A stretch of 64,000 nucleotides of DNA. It comes from an uncultured Spirochaetota bacterium (GTDB taxonomy: Bacteria > Spirochaetota > Spirochaetia > SZUA-6 > Fen-1364). The stretch spans positions 1,472,001 through 1,536,000 of the forward strand of contig CAWGAA010000001.1 in assembly GCA_963820525.1 (NCBI GenBank), read 5' to 3'. Within the stretch, counting starts at the first letter, position 1. Each line of letters opens with the position of its first letter. Both the position numbers and the translations under genes were made by a program. Shown piece after piece: positions 33,049 to 43,337 of the stretch. The notes under the pieces are model-generated. The model was given only the letters and a program-made list of their open reading frames with translations, was not told the origin of the DNA and made no database searches.

Positions 33049-33963
33049 CTAAATCCGCACGAACCGATCCGCAACCATCCCGAGGAGGAGCAGGGGAAGA
33101 TAGACGACGCTTGCCCTGAGGAGAAGCCGTGCGCGCGAATCTGAGACGCGCAGGGCGAAAGCGGCGCCGAAACCGACAAATGCAAAACCCAATGCTACGG
33201 CGCAGGCCAGGTAGATCCTGCCGCAAGCGCCGGCGGCGAAAGGCAAGAGGCTTGCGGCGAGGAGCAGCGCACAGTGAAGCGCCGCCTGGAAGCCTGCGCG
33301 GCGGCCGGAAGGATCCGTCACGGTGAGCGGGCGAAACCCCGCGCGGCGGTAGTCTTCCCGGTGCATCCAGGCAATGGACAGGGAGTGGGGGATCTGCCAG
33401 AGGTAGAGCACGAGAAACAGGCTCCAGGCCGCCGGGCTCAAGGCGCCGCTTGCCGCGGCACACCCCATCATCGGCGGGATCGCCCCGGAAACCCCCCCCA
33501 CCCAGGTTGAAAGAGGGCTCACCCTCTTCAGCGGGGTATAGAGAAAGAGGTAGCTCACCATGGTAAGCACGCCAAGCGTCAGGGTGAGAAGGTTGACGAA
33601 TACGGCCAGAAGCGTCACGCCGAAAGCACCGAGAACGACCCCGAAAACCAAAGCGGCCGCCGGGCTCATTCGCGATGAAGGCAGCGGGCGCTCCACCGTG
33701 CGCAGCATGCGGCCATCCGACCCGCGCTCGATGTATTGGTTGAAAACCCCGCTCGCGGCCGCCAGGAGCACGGTGCCGGAAAGGGTTGCGGCCAGGCAGA
33801 GCGGGTCCACGCCGGCCGTCGCCGAAACGAGGTAGCCTGCCGCCGTCGAGGCGAGAGAGAGCCCCATCACCTTGGGCTTGCCCAGGAGCAGATAGTCTTT
33901 CACGGTATCCAGGCGCAGGCGGCGGGCGGCGGCCGACGCGTGCTCTCCGGCGCTCCTCTTCAT
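33049..33963 (-). CDS. cyoE: protoheme IX farnesyltransferase (heme O synthase)
   Basis: NQYIER-x-D-x-x-M-x-RT-x-x-RP, YTPLKR, WQIPH; start codon uncertain. Confidence 0.93.
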   Translation of the reverse strand: MKRSAGEHASAAARRLRLDTVKDYLLLGKPKVMGLSLASTAAGYLVSATAGVDPLCLAATLSGTVLLAAASGVFNQYIERGSDGRMLRTVERPLPSSRMSPAAALVFGVVLGAFGVTLLAVFVNLLTLTLGVLTMVSYLFLYTPLKRVSPLSTWVGGVSGAIPPMMGCAAASGALSPAAWSLFLVLYLWQIPHSLSIAWMHREDYRRAGFRPLTVTDPSGRRAGFQAALHCALLLAASLLPFAAGACGRIYLACAVALGFAFVGFGAAFALRVSDSRARLLLRASVVYLPLLLLGMVADRFVRI

Positions 33964-34008
33964 ACTGAAAAGTATACTACCCGCGGAACGCCTCACGGAC
34001 CGGAAAGT

Positions 34009-34037
34009 TTGACATTCGGGAACCTCGTTATTACTAT
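34009..34037 (+). promoter_or_regulatory. sigma70 promoter of the oxidase operon
   Basis: TTGACA-17bp-TACTAT. Confidence 0.7.
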
Positions 34038-34091
34038 CTATTAAAACGTGACTCTTTGAGACAATGATGGTGAAGTTGAAGGAGGAAAGTA

Positions 34092-34916
34092 ATGATCAAC
34101 GGCCTGTATCAACTCCTGACAAGATTGGGCTACACGGACCCCTTGCACGCCCCTCTCACTCACTTTCCCATCGGCCTCGTCTTCGGGGCCCTGATCTTCT
34201 TTCTCGTCGCCATCATCTTTAAGCAGTCCCGCCTCGTCCTCACGGCGCGGCACGCCTCCATCCTCGCTTTCGTGATGGTATTCCCCACCATCCTCTTCGG
34301 CGTGATCGATTGGATCCATTTCTTCAATGGCGCGCTGATCGATCCCATCAAGTACAAGATCGGCCTGGCAACCATCGTCCTGATCGTGCTCGCAATCGGA
34401 ATCATCGTGGGAAGCGAGGTGAAGCTCCACACCTGGACCATGACCATCGTCTACGTGGTAGCCTTTCTAGCCGTTGTCGGCCTGGGGTGGTTCGGAGCGG
34501 GGCTCTATCCCCGCACCCTGCGGCGAAACCTGGCGGCAGCACCTGCCGCTCAACCGGCCACCGCAGAGCCGGCGCCCAGTCAGCCCGCCGCCCCGCCCAC
34601 ACCCGGCGCCCAGGCGGCGAAGCCGGCGGCGAAACCCGCCTCAGCGGCTTCCACGCAGGCGGGCCAGAAGATCTTCGCGGACAGCTGTGAGGCATGCCAC
34701 GCCGACGGCGGCAACCTCGTGGTTTCCAACCTCCCGCTGAAGAGCTCAAAACAGCTTGCCAGCCTTTCCACGTTCGCGGCATTCATCAGGGCTCCAAAGA
34801 TGCCGGATGGGTCGGAGGGAGTGATGCCCCCCTTCCCCGCGGACCAGATCAGCGACAGGCAGGCGGCGGATCTCTACGCGTACATAACGGCGATGGTCAA
34901 GACAACCTGGAAATAG
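34092..34916 (+). CDS. 4-TM (DUF2231-like) domain fused to a c-type cytochrome
   Basis: PLHAPLTHFPIG, four TM segments, Ala/Pro linker, CEACH heme motif, distal MPPF. Confidence 0.85.
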   Translation: MINGLYQLLTRLGYTDPLHAPLTHFPIGLVFGALIFFLVAIIFKQSRLVLTARHASILAFVMVFPTILFGVIDWIHFFNGALIDPIKYKIGLATIVLIVLAIGIIVGSEVKLHTWTMTIVYVVAFLAVVGLGWFGAGLYPRTLRRNLAAAPAAQPATAEPAPSQPAAPPTPGAQAAKPAAKPASAASTQAGQKIFADSCEACHADGGNLVVSNLPLKSSKQLASLSTFAAFIRAPKMPDGSEGVMPPFPADQISDRQAADLYAYITAMVKTTWK

Positions 34917-34935
34917 GCGCCGAGGAGGCGCGCTG

Positions 34936-35736
34936 ATGAGCGGAAAAATCGCGTGGCTTCTTCCCCTCGCGGTGCTCGCGGCGGCGGGCTGCGGCGCTCC
35001 GCCGAAGCCTCCCTCCAGTGTTTGGGGAGGGGTGGGCATGGACGAGAAGCTGGGCGCCTTGGTGCCTCTGGATGCCCAATTCCGGGACGAAGAGGGCGCG
35101 GCGGTGAGCCTGAAGACGCTGGTAAAGGCCCCTACCATCCTCGCCCTGGTCTACTATCACTGCCCCGACAGCTGCACGGTGCTGACGCAGGGCATGGCCC
35201 AGGCCATTGCCGCCCTCGATGCGGTGCCGGGCGCGGACTTCACCGCCATCACCGTCAGCTTCGATTCCATGGAAACCCCGCGGATGGCCGCTGAGCAGAA
35301 AAGAATCGCGCTTGCCATCGTCGGGGCCCGCTTTCCACCGCGGGAATGGCGGTTTCTCACGGGAGATGCCGCGAGCGTCAATGCCCTGACCGCCGCCGTT
35401 GGATTCCACTACGTGAAGCAGGGCGACGACTATGCCCACCCGCTGGGCCTCATCATCCTTTCACCGCAGGGAAAAATCGTGCGTTACATGAGCGGTACGG
35501 ATTTCCTGCCCCTCGACCTCCGGATGGCGCTGTTGGAAGCGTCGGAGGGGGTCGTCAAGCCAACCATCGCAAAGTTCGTGCGGTTCTGCTTCTCCTACAA
35601 TGCGCAGAGCCACCAGTACGTATTCAATATCCTGAAAGTGACCGCGATTGTCGTGCTGCTGCTCGCCGCATCCTTCGTGACCTACCTCGTGGTCGCGACC
35701 TCCAGAAAGCGGCGCACGGGGGAAGGAGTGAGCTGA
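34936..35736 (+). CDS. SCO family copper chaperone (lipoprotein)
   Basis: AAGC lipobox, YYHCPDSC, YAHP. Confidence 0.92.
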   Translation: MSGKIAWLLPLAVLAAAGCGAPPKPPSSVWGGVGMDEKLGALVPLDAQFRDEEGAAVSLKTLVKAPTILALVYYHCPDSCTVLTQGMAQAIAALDAVPGADFTAITVSFDSMETPRMAAEQKRIALAIVGARFPPREWRFLTGDAASVNALTAAVGFHYVKQGDDYAHPLGLIILSPQGKIVRYMSGTDFLPLDLRMALLEASEGVVKPTIAKFVRFCFSYNAQSHQYVFNILKVTAIVVLLLAASFVTYLVVATSRKRRTGEGVS

Positions 35737-37370
35737 TGGATGTGAACGCCGGGGCTGGAAGCTCCAACGGAGCGCTTCCCTATTACGCGGAGAAGAGCAG
35801 GTATCCGGGGATCCTGGGGTGGATCACCTCAACCGACCACAAGCGCATCGGGATCCTCTACCTCGTTCTGATCCTGTGCTTCTTCTTCACCGCTGTGGTG
35901 CTCGGCGTGCTGATGCGGATCCAGATGATGAGGCCGGGAAACCGCTTCCTCACGCCCCAGACCTACAACGCATTTTTCACCCTCCATGGGATCATCCAGA
36001 TATTCCTGGTGGTCATTCCCGCCATCCCGACGATCTTCGGAAACCTTTTTCTCCCCATCCTGATCGGCTACAGAGACATGGCCTTCCCCCGGCTGAACCT
36101 CTTCACCTGGTACCTTTTCCTCCTCGGCGCCGTTCTCGTCTTCGTCTCCGTGTTCGTCGGCGGAGGCGCCGTGGACACGGGATGGACCTTCTACGTTCCC
36201 TTCAGCCTCAAAACCACGGTGGACGTTCCCCTGGCTACCTTCGCCGTGTTCGTCCTGGGGATGTCCTCCATCCTCACGGGGATCAATATCGTGACCACGG
36301 TGCACATGTACCGGGCTCCCGGCATGGGCTTCTTCCGCATGCCCCTCTCGGTGTGGGGCTTCTACGCCACCGCCTGGGTGCAGATCCTCGCCACCCCGGT
36401 CATCGGCATCACGATGGTCCTCATCCTTGTGGAACGGATCTTCGGCATCGGAGTGTTCGATCCCACCAAGGGAGGGGACCCCCTTCTCTACCAACACCTG
36501 TTCTGGATCTACTCCCACCCCGCGGTCTACATCATGATCCTCCCCGCCATGGGGGTCATGTCGGATCTCTTCCCCGTTTTCTCGCGCAAGAACATCTTCG
36601 GCTACAAGCTGATCGCCTTCTCCAGCCTCGCCATCGCGAGCGTCGGCTCCCTGGTGTGGGGACACCATATGTTCGTGAGCGGGCAGAGCGATTTCGCAGA
36701 CATCGTCTTTTCGCTTCTCACCTTCCTCGTCGCGGTGCCCAGCGCCATCAAGGTCTTCAACTGGGTGGCCACCCTGTACAAGGGTTCCATCAAGGTGGAG
36801 CCGCCGTTCCTCTATGCCCTGGCCTTCATCTTCCTGTTCTCCATCGGGGGGCTCACGGGATTGGTGCAGGGAGCCCTCTCCACCAACGTCCAGATCCACG
36901 ACACCTATTTCGTCGTGGGGCACATCCACTACGTGATTTTCGGCGGCATGGGCTTCGGCTGGTTCGCGGCGCTGCACTACTGGTACCCCAAGATCACGGG
37001 AAAGATGTACAACAAGCGCGCCTCGGTCATCGCATGGCTGATCATCTTCATCGGTTTCAACCTCTTCTACTTCCCCATGCTCATCCTGGGGTGGCAGGGA
37101 ATGCCGCGGAGGTACGCCGACTACCTGCCCCGGTTCGCGGACCTGCAGTTCTGGTCCAGCATCGGTGCCTACATCATGGTGGGAGGGCTGGCACTCATGT
37201 TCGCCAACCTCTTCGTGGGCTTGAAGCGCGGAGAGAAGGCCCCGGCCAACCCCTGGGGAGGCGCAACGCTGGAGTGGCAGATCCCCTCTCCCCCGCCCGC
37301 GGAGGACTTCGAGGAAATTCCCGTGATCACCAAGGGGCCGTATGACTTCGGAAAGGGTGGTTCCCCGTGA
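35736..37370 (+). CDS. ctaD: cytochrome c oxidase subunit I (type A2)
   Basis: TDHKRIG, GWTFY, FWIYSHPAVY, WGHHM, GHIHY, MPRRY. Confidence 0.97.
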   Translation: MDVNAGAGSSNGALPYYAEKSRYPGILGWITSTDHKRIGILYLVLILCFFFTAVVLGVLMRIQMMRPGNRFLTPQTYNAFFTLHGIIQIFLVVIPAIPTIFGNLFLPILIGYRDMAFPRLNLFTWYLFLLGAVLVFVSVFVGGGAVDTGWTFYVPFSLKTTVDVPLATFAVFVLGMSSILTGINIVTTVHMYRAPGMGFFRMPLSVWGFYATAWVQILATPVIGITMVLILVERIFGIGVFDPTKGGDPLLYQHLFWIYSHPAVYIMILPAMGVMSDLFPVFSRKNIFGYKLIAFSSLAIASVGSLVWGHHMFVSGQSDFADIVFSLLTFLVAVPSAIKVFNWVATLYKGSIKVEPPFLYALAFIFLFSIGGLTGLVQGALSTNVQIHDTYFVVGHIHYVIFGGMGFGWFAALHYWYPKITGKMYNKRASVIAWLIIFIGFNLFYFPMLILGWQGMPRRYADYLPRFADLQFWSSIGAYIMVGGLALMFANLFVGLKRGEKAPANPWGGATLEWQIPSPPPAEDFEEIPVITKGPYDFGKGGSP

Positions 37371-37972
37371 GCGAGGAACACGCGCAGGCAAATTCCACAG
37401 GAGCGCGGATGGGCATCTGGCTTTTCATCTGCACGGAGATACTCCTGTTCGGCGGGCTGTTTCTCCTGTACTCGATGTACCGGTATCGAAACCCCGCGGA
37501 GTTCCACGCCGCCTCCCTTGAGCTGAGCAGGTTCGACGGCACGCTCAACACCTCGATTCTCATCACCTCGAGCCTCACCGTGGCCCTCTCGATCTTCAGC
37601 CTGGAGAAGGGAAACAGGAAGCGGACCCTTCTCTTCCTGGCGGCAACCATCGCCTTCGGCCTTGGGTTCCTTGTGGTCAAGGGCTTCGAGTGGGGGGAGA
37701 AGTTCATCCACGGGCTGTACCCCAACTCTCCCGTGCTCTTGTCCAAGGCCAAGGGAGAGATCCTCTACTTCGGGCTGTACTTCATGATGACGGGCCTGCA
37801 CGCGCTGCACGTTCTTGTGGGGATGGGGCTGCTTGCCGTGGTCTTCATTCTCATCAGGCGGGGGGTCGTGTCAACGGAGCGGCCGGTGATCCTGCAGAAC
37901 TCCGGCCTGTACTGGCACCTGGTGGACATCATCTGGATATTCCTGTTCCCCCTCTTCTATCTCATAACCTGA
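37367..37972 (+). CDS. ctaE: cytochrome c oxidase subunit III
   Basis: TEILLFGGLF, TGLHALHV, YWHLVD. Confidence 0.95.
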   Translation: MSEEHAQANSTGARMGIWLFICTEILLFGGLFLLYSMYRYRNPAEFHAASLELSRFDGTLNTSILITSSLTVALSIFSLEKGNRKRTLLFLAATIAFGLGFLVVKGFEWGEKFIHGLYPNSPVLLSKAKGEILYFGLYFMMTGLHALHVLVGMGLLAVVFILIRRGVVSTERPVILQNSGLYWHLVDIIWIFLFPLFYLIT

Positions 37973-37999
37973 CGGGGGAGCTGAAGGGAGGCGAGGGCC

Positions 38000-38281
38000 A
38001 TGGAAGGACATGCCGCGGCGCGAGCCCGAAGCTATATCTTCGTCTGGATCGGGCTCCTCATCTTCACGGCGCTCACCGTCACAATGGCGAGCCTGGACCT
38101 GGGAGCCATTGCCATCGTGGTTGTCCTGGCCATCGCCGCCTTCAAATCGACCCTGGTGCTCCTCTACTTCATGCACCTGCGCTACGAGAAGCGCCTGCTC
38201 ATCAAGCTGCTGGTTCCCATCGCGATCTGCACGCTGGCCATCTTCATCGGGCTCACCTACACCGACGTGCTGCACCGCTAA
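38000..38281 (+). CDS. cytochrome c oxidase subunit IV family
   Basis: KSTLVLLYFMHLRYE, three TM segments. Confidence 0.92.
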   Translation: MEGHAAARARSYIFVWIGLLIFTALTVTMASLDLGAIAIVVVLAIAAFKSTLVLLYFMHLRYEKRLLIKLLVPIAICTLAIFIGLTYTDVLHR

Positions 38282-38295
38282 GGAGGAAGTGAGAA

Positions 38296-39210
38296 ATGGC
38301 GGTTTCAACGTTCGTGGTCGACAGCGGCTTCATCTACATCCTCGTGTTCCTCTTCCTGCTGCTCTTCCTCATCGTCTTTCTCATGGTCTATTTCATCGTG
38401 CGCTATCGCCGCTCGCGAAACCCGGTGCCGGCCGACATTTCGGGAAACACCTTCCTGGAGATCCTCTGGGTGGTGATCCCCACCATCATCGTGATGACGA
38501 TGTTCGTCTACGGCCTGCAGGGCTACATTTTCCTTCGCAGCGCGCCGGCGGATTCGATGCACGTGAAGGTGATAAGCCGGCAGTGGTCGTGGCTTTTCCA
38601 GTACGACAACGGCACGTCCAGCTCCCAGCTGGTCGCGCCCCTGGGAAGGAACGTCCGCCTGGAGCTCGTCTCTGAGGACGTGATCCACGGCTTTTTCGTC
38701 CCCGCCTTCCGCATCAAGCAGGACGCGGTGCCCGGCATGACGACCACCGCGTGGTTCAATGCAACCGTGGCGGGAAGCTACGACATCCTGTGCACCCAGT
38801 ACTGCGGGGTGGGACATTCCGCCATGCTCGCCAAGCTGATCGTCGTGCCGCCGGACCAATTCGCGCAGTGGTACGCGGGAGAGAAGACGGCGGCGGGTCT
38901 CGCCCCTCCCTCGGCGACGCCTGTCGGCGAGGAGCTCCTGCGTCAGAAAGGGTGCCTGGCCTGCCACTCCCTGGACGGGAGCAAGATGGTAGGGCCGACC
39001 TTCAAGGGCCTGTACGGGAACGGCGTGCGGGTGCTCACGGCCGGAAAGCCGCGCACCGTCATGGCGGACGACGACTACCTCGAGAGCTCCATCCTGGACC
39101 CCGGCGCGGACGTCGTGGTAGGCTACCCCAACCTCATGCCCTCGGGCCGGGGAAAAGTCACGGACAAGGAAATGGACGATATAATTCAATACTTGCAGAC
39201 TCTGAAGTAA
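38296..39210 (+). CDS. coxB: cytochrome c oxidase subunit II with a C-terminal cytochrome c
   Basis: DVIHGF, CTQYCGVGHSAM CuA site, CLACH heme motif. Confidence 0.96.
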   Translation: MAVSTFVVDSGFIYILVFLFLLLFLIVFLMVYFIVRYRRSRNPVPADISGNTFLEILWVVIPTIIVMTMFVYGLQGYIFLRSAPADSMHVKVISRQWSWLFQYDNGTSSSQLVAPLGRNVRLELVSEDVIHGFFVPAFRIKQDAVPGMTTTAWFNATVAGSYDILCTQYCGVGHSAMLAKLIVVPPDQFAQWYAGEKTAAGLAPPSATPVGEELLRQKGCLACHSLDGSKMVGPTFKGLYGNGVRVLTAGKPRTVMADDDYLESSILDPGADVVVGYPNLMPSGRGKVTDKEMDDIIQYLQTLK

Positions 39211-39228
39211 ATTCTCCTGGGGCATGCC

Positions 39229-40632
39229 ATGAAAAGCGAAGAGGATTCTTTCCGTATCGAAACCGACAGCATGGGAGAAATCAAGGTCCCCGCGTGGGCA
39301 TTCTGGGGGGCGCAGACCCAGCGGGCGGTGGCCAACTTCTCCATCTCGAGCCTCCGAATCCCCACGGCGCTGGTGCGCGCCATGGCAGTGGTGAAGGCCG
39401 CCTCGGCCCTGGTCAACCGGGACCTCGGGCTGGTGGAGCGCCGGCTTGCCGATGCAATCCAGAGCGCTGCCCAGGAGGTTTCCGAGGGGAAGTGGGACGC
39501 GCATTTCCCCATCGACGTGTTCCAGACCGGCTCGGGAACCTCGTGGAACATGAACGCCAACGAGGTGATCGCCAACAGGGCAAATCAGATCCTGGGCGCC
39601 CCTTTGGCGGCCAAGAAGCCCGTTCACCCCAACGACCACGTCAACCGGGGACAGTCGTCCAACGACGTGATCCCCACGGTGATCCACATCGCGGATCGGC
39701 TGGCCGCGGAGAAGCTCGCCGCCGCCCTGGGGCGCCTGGCCGGATCCCTGTCCGCCAAGGCAAAGGAGTTTACCGGGGTGCTCAAGATCGGACGCACCCA
39801 TCTTCAAGATGCGGTTCCCATGACGCTGGGACAGGAGTTCTCCGGCTACGCGCGGCAGATCGAGAAAAATCGCGAGCTTCTCCAACGCTGTTACCCCAGC
39901 CTGGAGGAGCTCGCCATCGGCGGCACGGCGATCGGCACGGGGCTCAACACGCATCCCGAGTTCGCCCTCCGCGTCGTTTCCGAGATATCGGAGCGCACGG
40001 GAGTCCGTTTCCGCGAGGCGGCCAGCCTCTTCGAGGCCGAGGCTTCGCGCGACGCGCAGGTCGAGCTCATGGGGGCGCTGAACTCGATCGCGGTGAGCCT
40101 CACCAAAATCGCCAACGATCTTCGCCTCCTGGCAAGCGGCCCCCGGGCGGGGCTGGGGGAGATCGTCCTCCCCTCCCTCCAGCCCGGAAGCTCCATCATG
40201 CCGGGAAAGGTGAACCCCGTCATCCTGGAGATGACAATCCAGGCGGCGGCCCACGTGATGGGAAAGTGCCTCTCGGTGAGCATCGCGGGGCAGACCGGCC
40301 CGCTTGAGCTCAACATGATGATGCCGCTCATCGCCTACGAAACGGTGAGCGCGCTCGACCTTGTTTCCAACACCTGCGACGCGCTTCGAGAGCGCTGTAT
40401 CGAGGGAATCGCCGCGGACCAGAAACGCTCGGCGCAGTGGATCGAGTGGAGCCTGGCCCTCGTCACGCCGCTCGCCCTTCGCATCGGCTACGACAAAGCC
40501 GCCAAGCTGGCCCAGAAGGCTCTGGCGGAGAACCGCACCATCAGGGATGTCGTGATCGGGGAAGGGGTGCTCAGCCCCGAAGAGGCCGACAAGATCCTGA
40601 ACCCTGCCAACATGCTGGGACCGTCGGCATAG
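39229..40632 (+). CDS. fumC: class II fumarate hydratase
   Basis: WGAQTQR, QTGSGT, GRTHLQDA, GSSIMPGKVNP. Confidence 0.96.
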   Translation: MKSEEDSFRIETDSMGEIKVPAWAFWGAQTQRAVANFSISSLRIPTALVRAMAVVKAASALVNRDLGLVERRLADAIQSAAQEVSEGKWDAHFPIDVFQTGSGTSWNMNANEVIANRANQILGAPLAAKKPVHPNDHVNRGQSSNDVIPTVIHIADRLAAEKLAAALGRLAGSLSAKAKEFTGVLKIGRTHLQDAVPMTLGQEFSGYARQIEKNRELLQRCYPSLEELAIGGTAIGTGLNTHPEFALRVVSEISERTGVRFREAASLFEAEASRDAQVELMGALNSIAVSLTKIANDLRLLASGPRAGLGEIVLPSLQPGSSIMPGKVNPVILEMTIQAAAHVMGKCLSVSIAGQTGPLELNMMMPLIAYETVSALDLVSNTCDALRERCIEGIAADQKRSAQWIEWSLALVTPLALRIGYDKAAKLAQKALAENRTIRDVVIGEGVLSPEEADKILNPANMLGPSA

Positions 40633-40742
40633 CCTCCGCACGGCGCCGGCGCCCCGGCGGGCTGGCCCGCTGGAGCGGTCATGCCCGGCAGCTATGACAC
40701 GCAAGCGGTCCTGCCCAGCCGCGGCAGCACGCGCGGCCGCGC

Positions 40743-41609
40743 TCAGCCCCTTCGCTTCAGAACCTCGCCCACCGCAGAGAAATCGGCGTCACCAAGCCCG
40801 GCCCCTCGAGCCAGGGAGAAAAGCTCCTTGGCGGCATGCGTCGTGGGCAGCGCGATTCCCCGCTCGAAGGCGGTGAGGGAAACCAACTGAAGGTCCTTCA
40901 ACATCAAGGCGAGGGGGAACTCGGCGTCACGGCCGCCGGCTTCCAGCTTGGCGCGCTTTCCCGTAAGAAACGGCGCGGCGACGGCTCCGCCCACAAGAGT
41001 GTCCAGGAGGAGCTTCCGGGGAAGCCCCATGGCCTCCCCCAGGGCAAGCGCTTCGGCGAAGGCCGCCATCGCGTTTCCCAAAAGCAGGTTGTTGACGAGC
41101 TTCATCGAAACGCCCGAGCCCACGGGCCCGAGGTGGACGATGCTCTTTCCCATTGCTTCCAGAAGCGGCCTGCATTCGGCCAGGTCCTCTCCCGCGGCGC
41201 CCACCAGGAATGCCAGCTCCCCCCTTTCGGCGGGGCCGATGCTCCCGGAGACCGGCGCATCGACGAAGCGAATGCCCCTGGACCGGCACTCCTCGGCCAT
41301 GATGCGGGTGAATGAGGGGTTGACGGTGCTCGAGTCGACCCAGAGCCTGCCCCTGGCCAGCGTTTCGAGCAGCCCCCCGGCGCCCAACGCAGCCTCGCGA
41401 ACTGCATCGGGGGTCGCCAGCATCGTGAAGGCGACCTCGGCGTCCCGAGCGGCTTCCGCGGGCGACGTGGCCACGCGGGCTCCTTCGGAAGCCAGCCTCC
41501 CCGCTTTCGAGTGAGTGCGGTTATACACGGAAAGCCGGTGGCCTTTTTTCAGGAGGTTTGCGGCCATGCGGGCTCCCATGAGCCCCAATCCAATGAATGC
41601 GATTTTCAT
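40743..41609 (-). CDS. beta-hydroxyacid dehydrogenase family (3-hydroxyisobutyrate DH-like)
   Basis: FIGLGLMG, DAPVSG, KLVNN, KDL. Confidence 0.92.
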   Translation of the reverse strand: MKIAFIGLGLMGARMAANLLKKGHRLSVYNRTHSKAGRLASEGARVATSPAEAARDAEVAFTMLATPDAVREAALGAGGLLETLARGRLWVDSSTVNPSFTRIMAEECRSRGIRFVDAPVSGSIGPAERGELAFLVGAAGEDLAECRPLLEAMGKSIVHLGPVGSGVSMKLVNNLLLGNAMAAFAEALALGEAMGLPRKLLLDTLVGGAVAAPFLTGKRAKLEAGGRDAEFPLALMLKDLQLVSLTAFERGIALPTTHAAKELFSLARGAGLGDADFSAVGEVLKRRG

Positions 41610-41632
41610 AAGCGCCTCCAGCGCAGCGGCCT

Positions 41633-42340
41633 CTATTTGCTCAGGGACTTCACATACCCGTCCAGCATCCGCCTGAGCTCAGCTGCCGAGGGAGGCACGG
41701 CCACGAGCTTCCCCTGGATGATCTCTTGAGGATTGACGTCGCCGCGGCCATAGTATGCGCTGTTGGCGTCGTCGTCGACGTCGATGGTTGCCCCCGCGAT
41801 CTGGACGCCGGCGAAAAGCCCCCTGGTGCGCGCGTAGGAATAGATCTCGGATTTCATTTCCGCGTCCGTGCTCGCCCCCGCCTGCCGGCCGAGGCCGCCC
41901 GCCGCTATCGAGGCATCCACCCCGAGGGTGAACGAGCCGTCGAGCACACCGTCGAGGCTCCTCTTTGTCCGGAAGAAGAGCAGAAGATCAATGGATTGGA
42001 TCCCCACCTGCCACCCGACGCTTCCCCCCTTGAGCGTGATGAAGACGGGAGCGCTCCATGACCCGCCGGGATTTTTCACGAGGAGCACCCCTTTGCCGTA
42101 CTGACCGCCGATCACGAAGGCGGCCTTCTGGACCTCGGGGACGATGGCCAGCGCGTACGCGTCCGTCATCATTGTATCCGGCACTTCCTTGTCGGGAACC
42201 TCGGTGATCTGCCGAAACACGTCGATGGCGTCTTCAACCTTTCGCACCTCGTTGCGCTGGGCCACAAGCGGCTGTGCGGCGATAAGGACAATGGCGAAAA
42301 AGATGGCGAGCGTCACTGCAAATGGCTTTCTCATCGGCAT
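41633..42340 (-). CDS. SYLF/Ysc84 lipid-binding domain protein
   Basis: Signal peptide; GGQYGKG, GGSVGWQVG, YSYARTRGLFAG. Confidence 0.92.
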   Translation of the reverse strand: MPMRKPFAVTLAIFFAIVLIAAQPLVAQRNEVRKVEDAIDVFRQITEVPDKEVPDTMMTDAYALAIVPEVQKAAFVIGGQYGKGVLLVKNPGGSWSAPVFITLKGGSVGWQVGIQSIDLLLFFRTKRSLDGVLDGSFTLGVDASIAAGGLGRQAGASTDAEMKSEIYSYARTRGLFAGVQIAGATIDVDDDANSAYYGRGDVNPQEIIQGKLVAVPPSAAELRRMLDGYVKSLSK

Positions 42341-42533
42341 CGGCCTCCTGGTATACTTCTTTAAAACCTTTCCAGGCGAATAATATACCACTGCTCGAGC
42401 GGCGGAAAGTCTGGGTGGGCCGCCTGCGACGGATCGATGTCGCGCCCTTGCCGCCCCGGCCGGGCCCCCGCCACCGCGCCCGCGACCGCGTTTCTCTTCT
42501 TATTGGCCGGCCGATGCTGTATGCTGGCCGGGA

Positions 42534-43337
42534 ATGAAAAAGGCAGCCCATACCGTCATCAGGTATCCCCGATCCCGGTTGGCCACGCTCGATCTGGGAA
42601 GGATTGCGCTGGGCAAGCATCACATCTGCGGCCTTCTGGAAGTGGACGTAACCAAGGCCCGCCAGGAGGTGAGGAGGCTCCGGACGGAGGGCAAGAAGGT
42701 TTCCTTTCTCGCGTGGATGATCAAGGCGATCGGCTGCTCGCTCTCGAACAACAGGCAGGCCCATGCCATCGCGGCACGGAGACGGCGGCTCGTGCTCTTC
42801 GACGACGTGGACGTCGCGCTGCCTGTTGAGCGCGAGGTCGAAGGCTCCCGGGTGCCCCTGGCCCTCCTCATCAAGAAAACGAACGAGAAGTCGGTTGAAG
42901 ACATCGATGCGGAGCTGGAACGCGCTATCCGAAAACCGATCTCCACGGAGCGTGACTATATGCTCCACGGGCATGCCCTCTCCCGCCTGGCGCTCACGAT
43001 CTACTACTCGCTTCCCCGCGCGATCAGGGTCGCCCTTTTTCGCCTGGTCCTGTTCAGAAACCCGTTCGTGACGAAAGAGATGCTGGGCACGGTCATTGTC
43101 ACAACGGTCGGCACCGCGGGAAGACTGCCGGGCTGGATCATTCCGAAGGCCATGCACAACCTTTGCATCGCCCTCGGCTCCATCGTGAAAAAGCCGTGGG
43201 TGGTCAGGAACGAGATCGCGATCAGGGACATTCTCCACATGACCGTCGTGCTGGATCATGATGTGATCGACGGGATTCCTGCCCGAAGGTTCGTCGACGA
43301 CCTTGTCAACCGAATCGAGAAAGGCCGCCTCGAATGA
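42534..43337 (+). CDS. stand-alone 2-oxoacid dehydrogenase E2-type acyltransferase domain
   Basis: DHDVIDG catalytic motif; no lipoyl domain. Confidence 0.85.
   Translation: MKKAAHTVIRYPRSRLATLDLGRIALGKHHICGLLEVDVTKARQEVRRLRTEGKKVSFLAWMIKAIGCSLSNNRQAHAIAARRRRLVLFDDVDVALPVEREVEGSRVPLALLIKKTNEKSVEDIDAELERAIRKPISTERDYMLHGHALSRLALTIYYSLPRAIRVALFRLVLFRNPFVTKEMLGTVIVTTVGTAGRLPGWIIPKAMHNLCIALGSIVKKPWVVRNEIAIRDILHMTVVLDHDVIDGIPARRFVDDLVNRIEKGRLE

Noticed and set aside
35346..35735. N-terminal extension of oxidase subunit I
   Set aside because: Overlaps sco out of frame; ATG 35736 has an RBS and overlaps the sco stop
38305..40704. 799-aa antisense ORF and similar long shadow ORFs (e.g. 25313-26875, 35829-37391)
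   Set aside because: Mirror frames of real high-GC genes with no recognisable motifs
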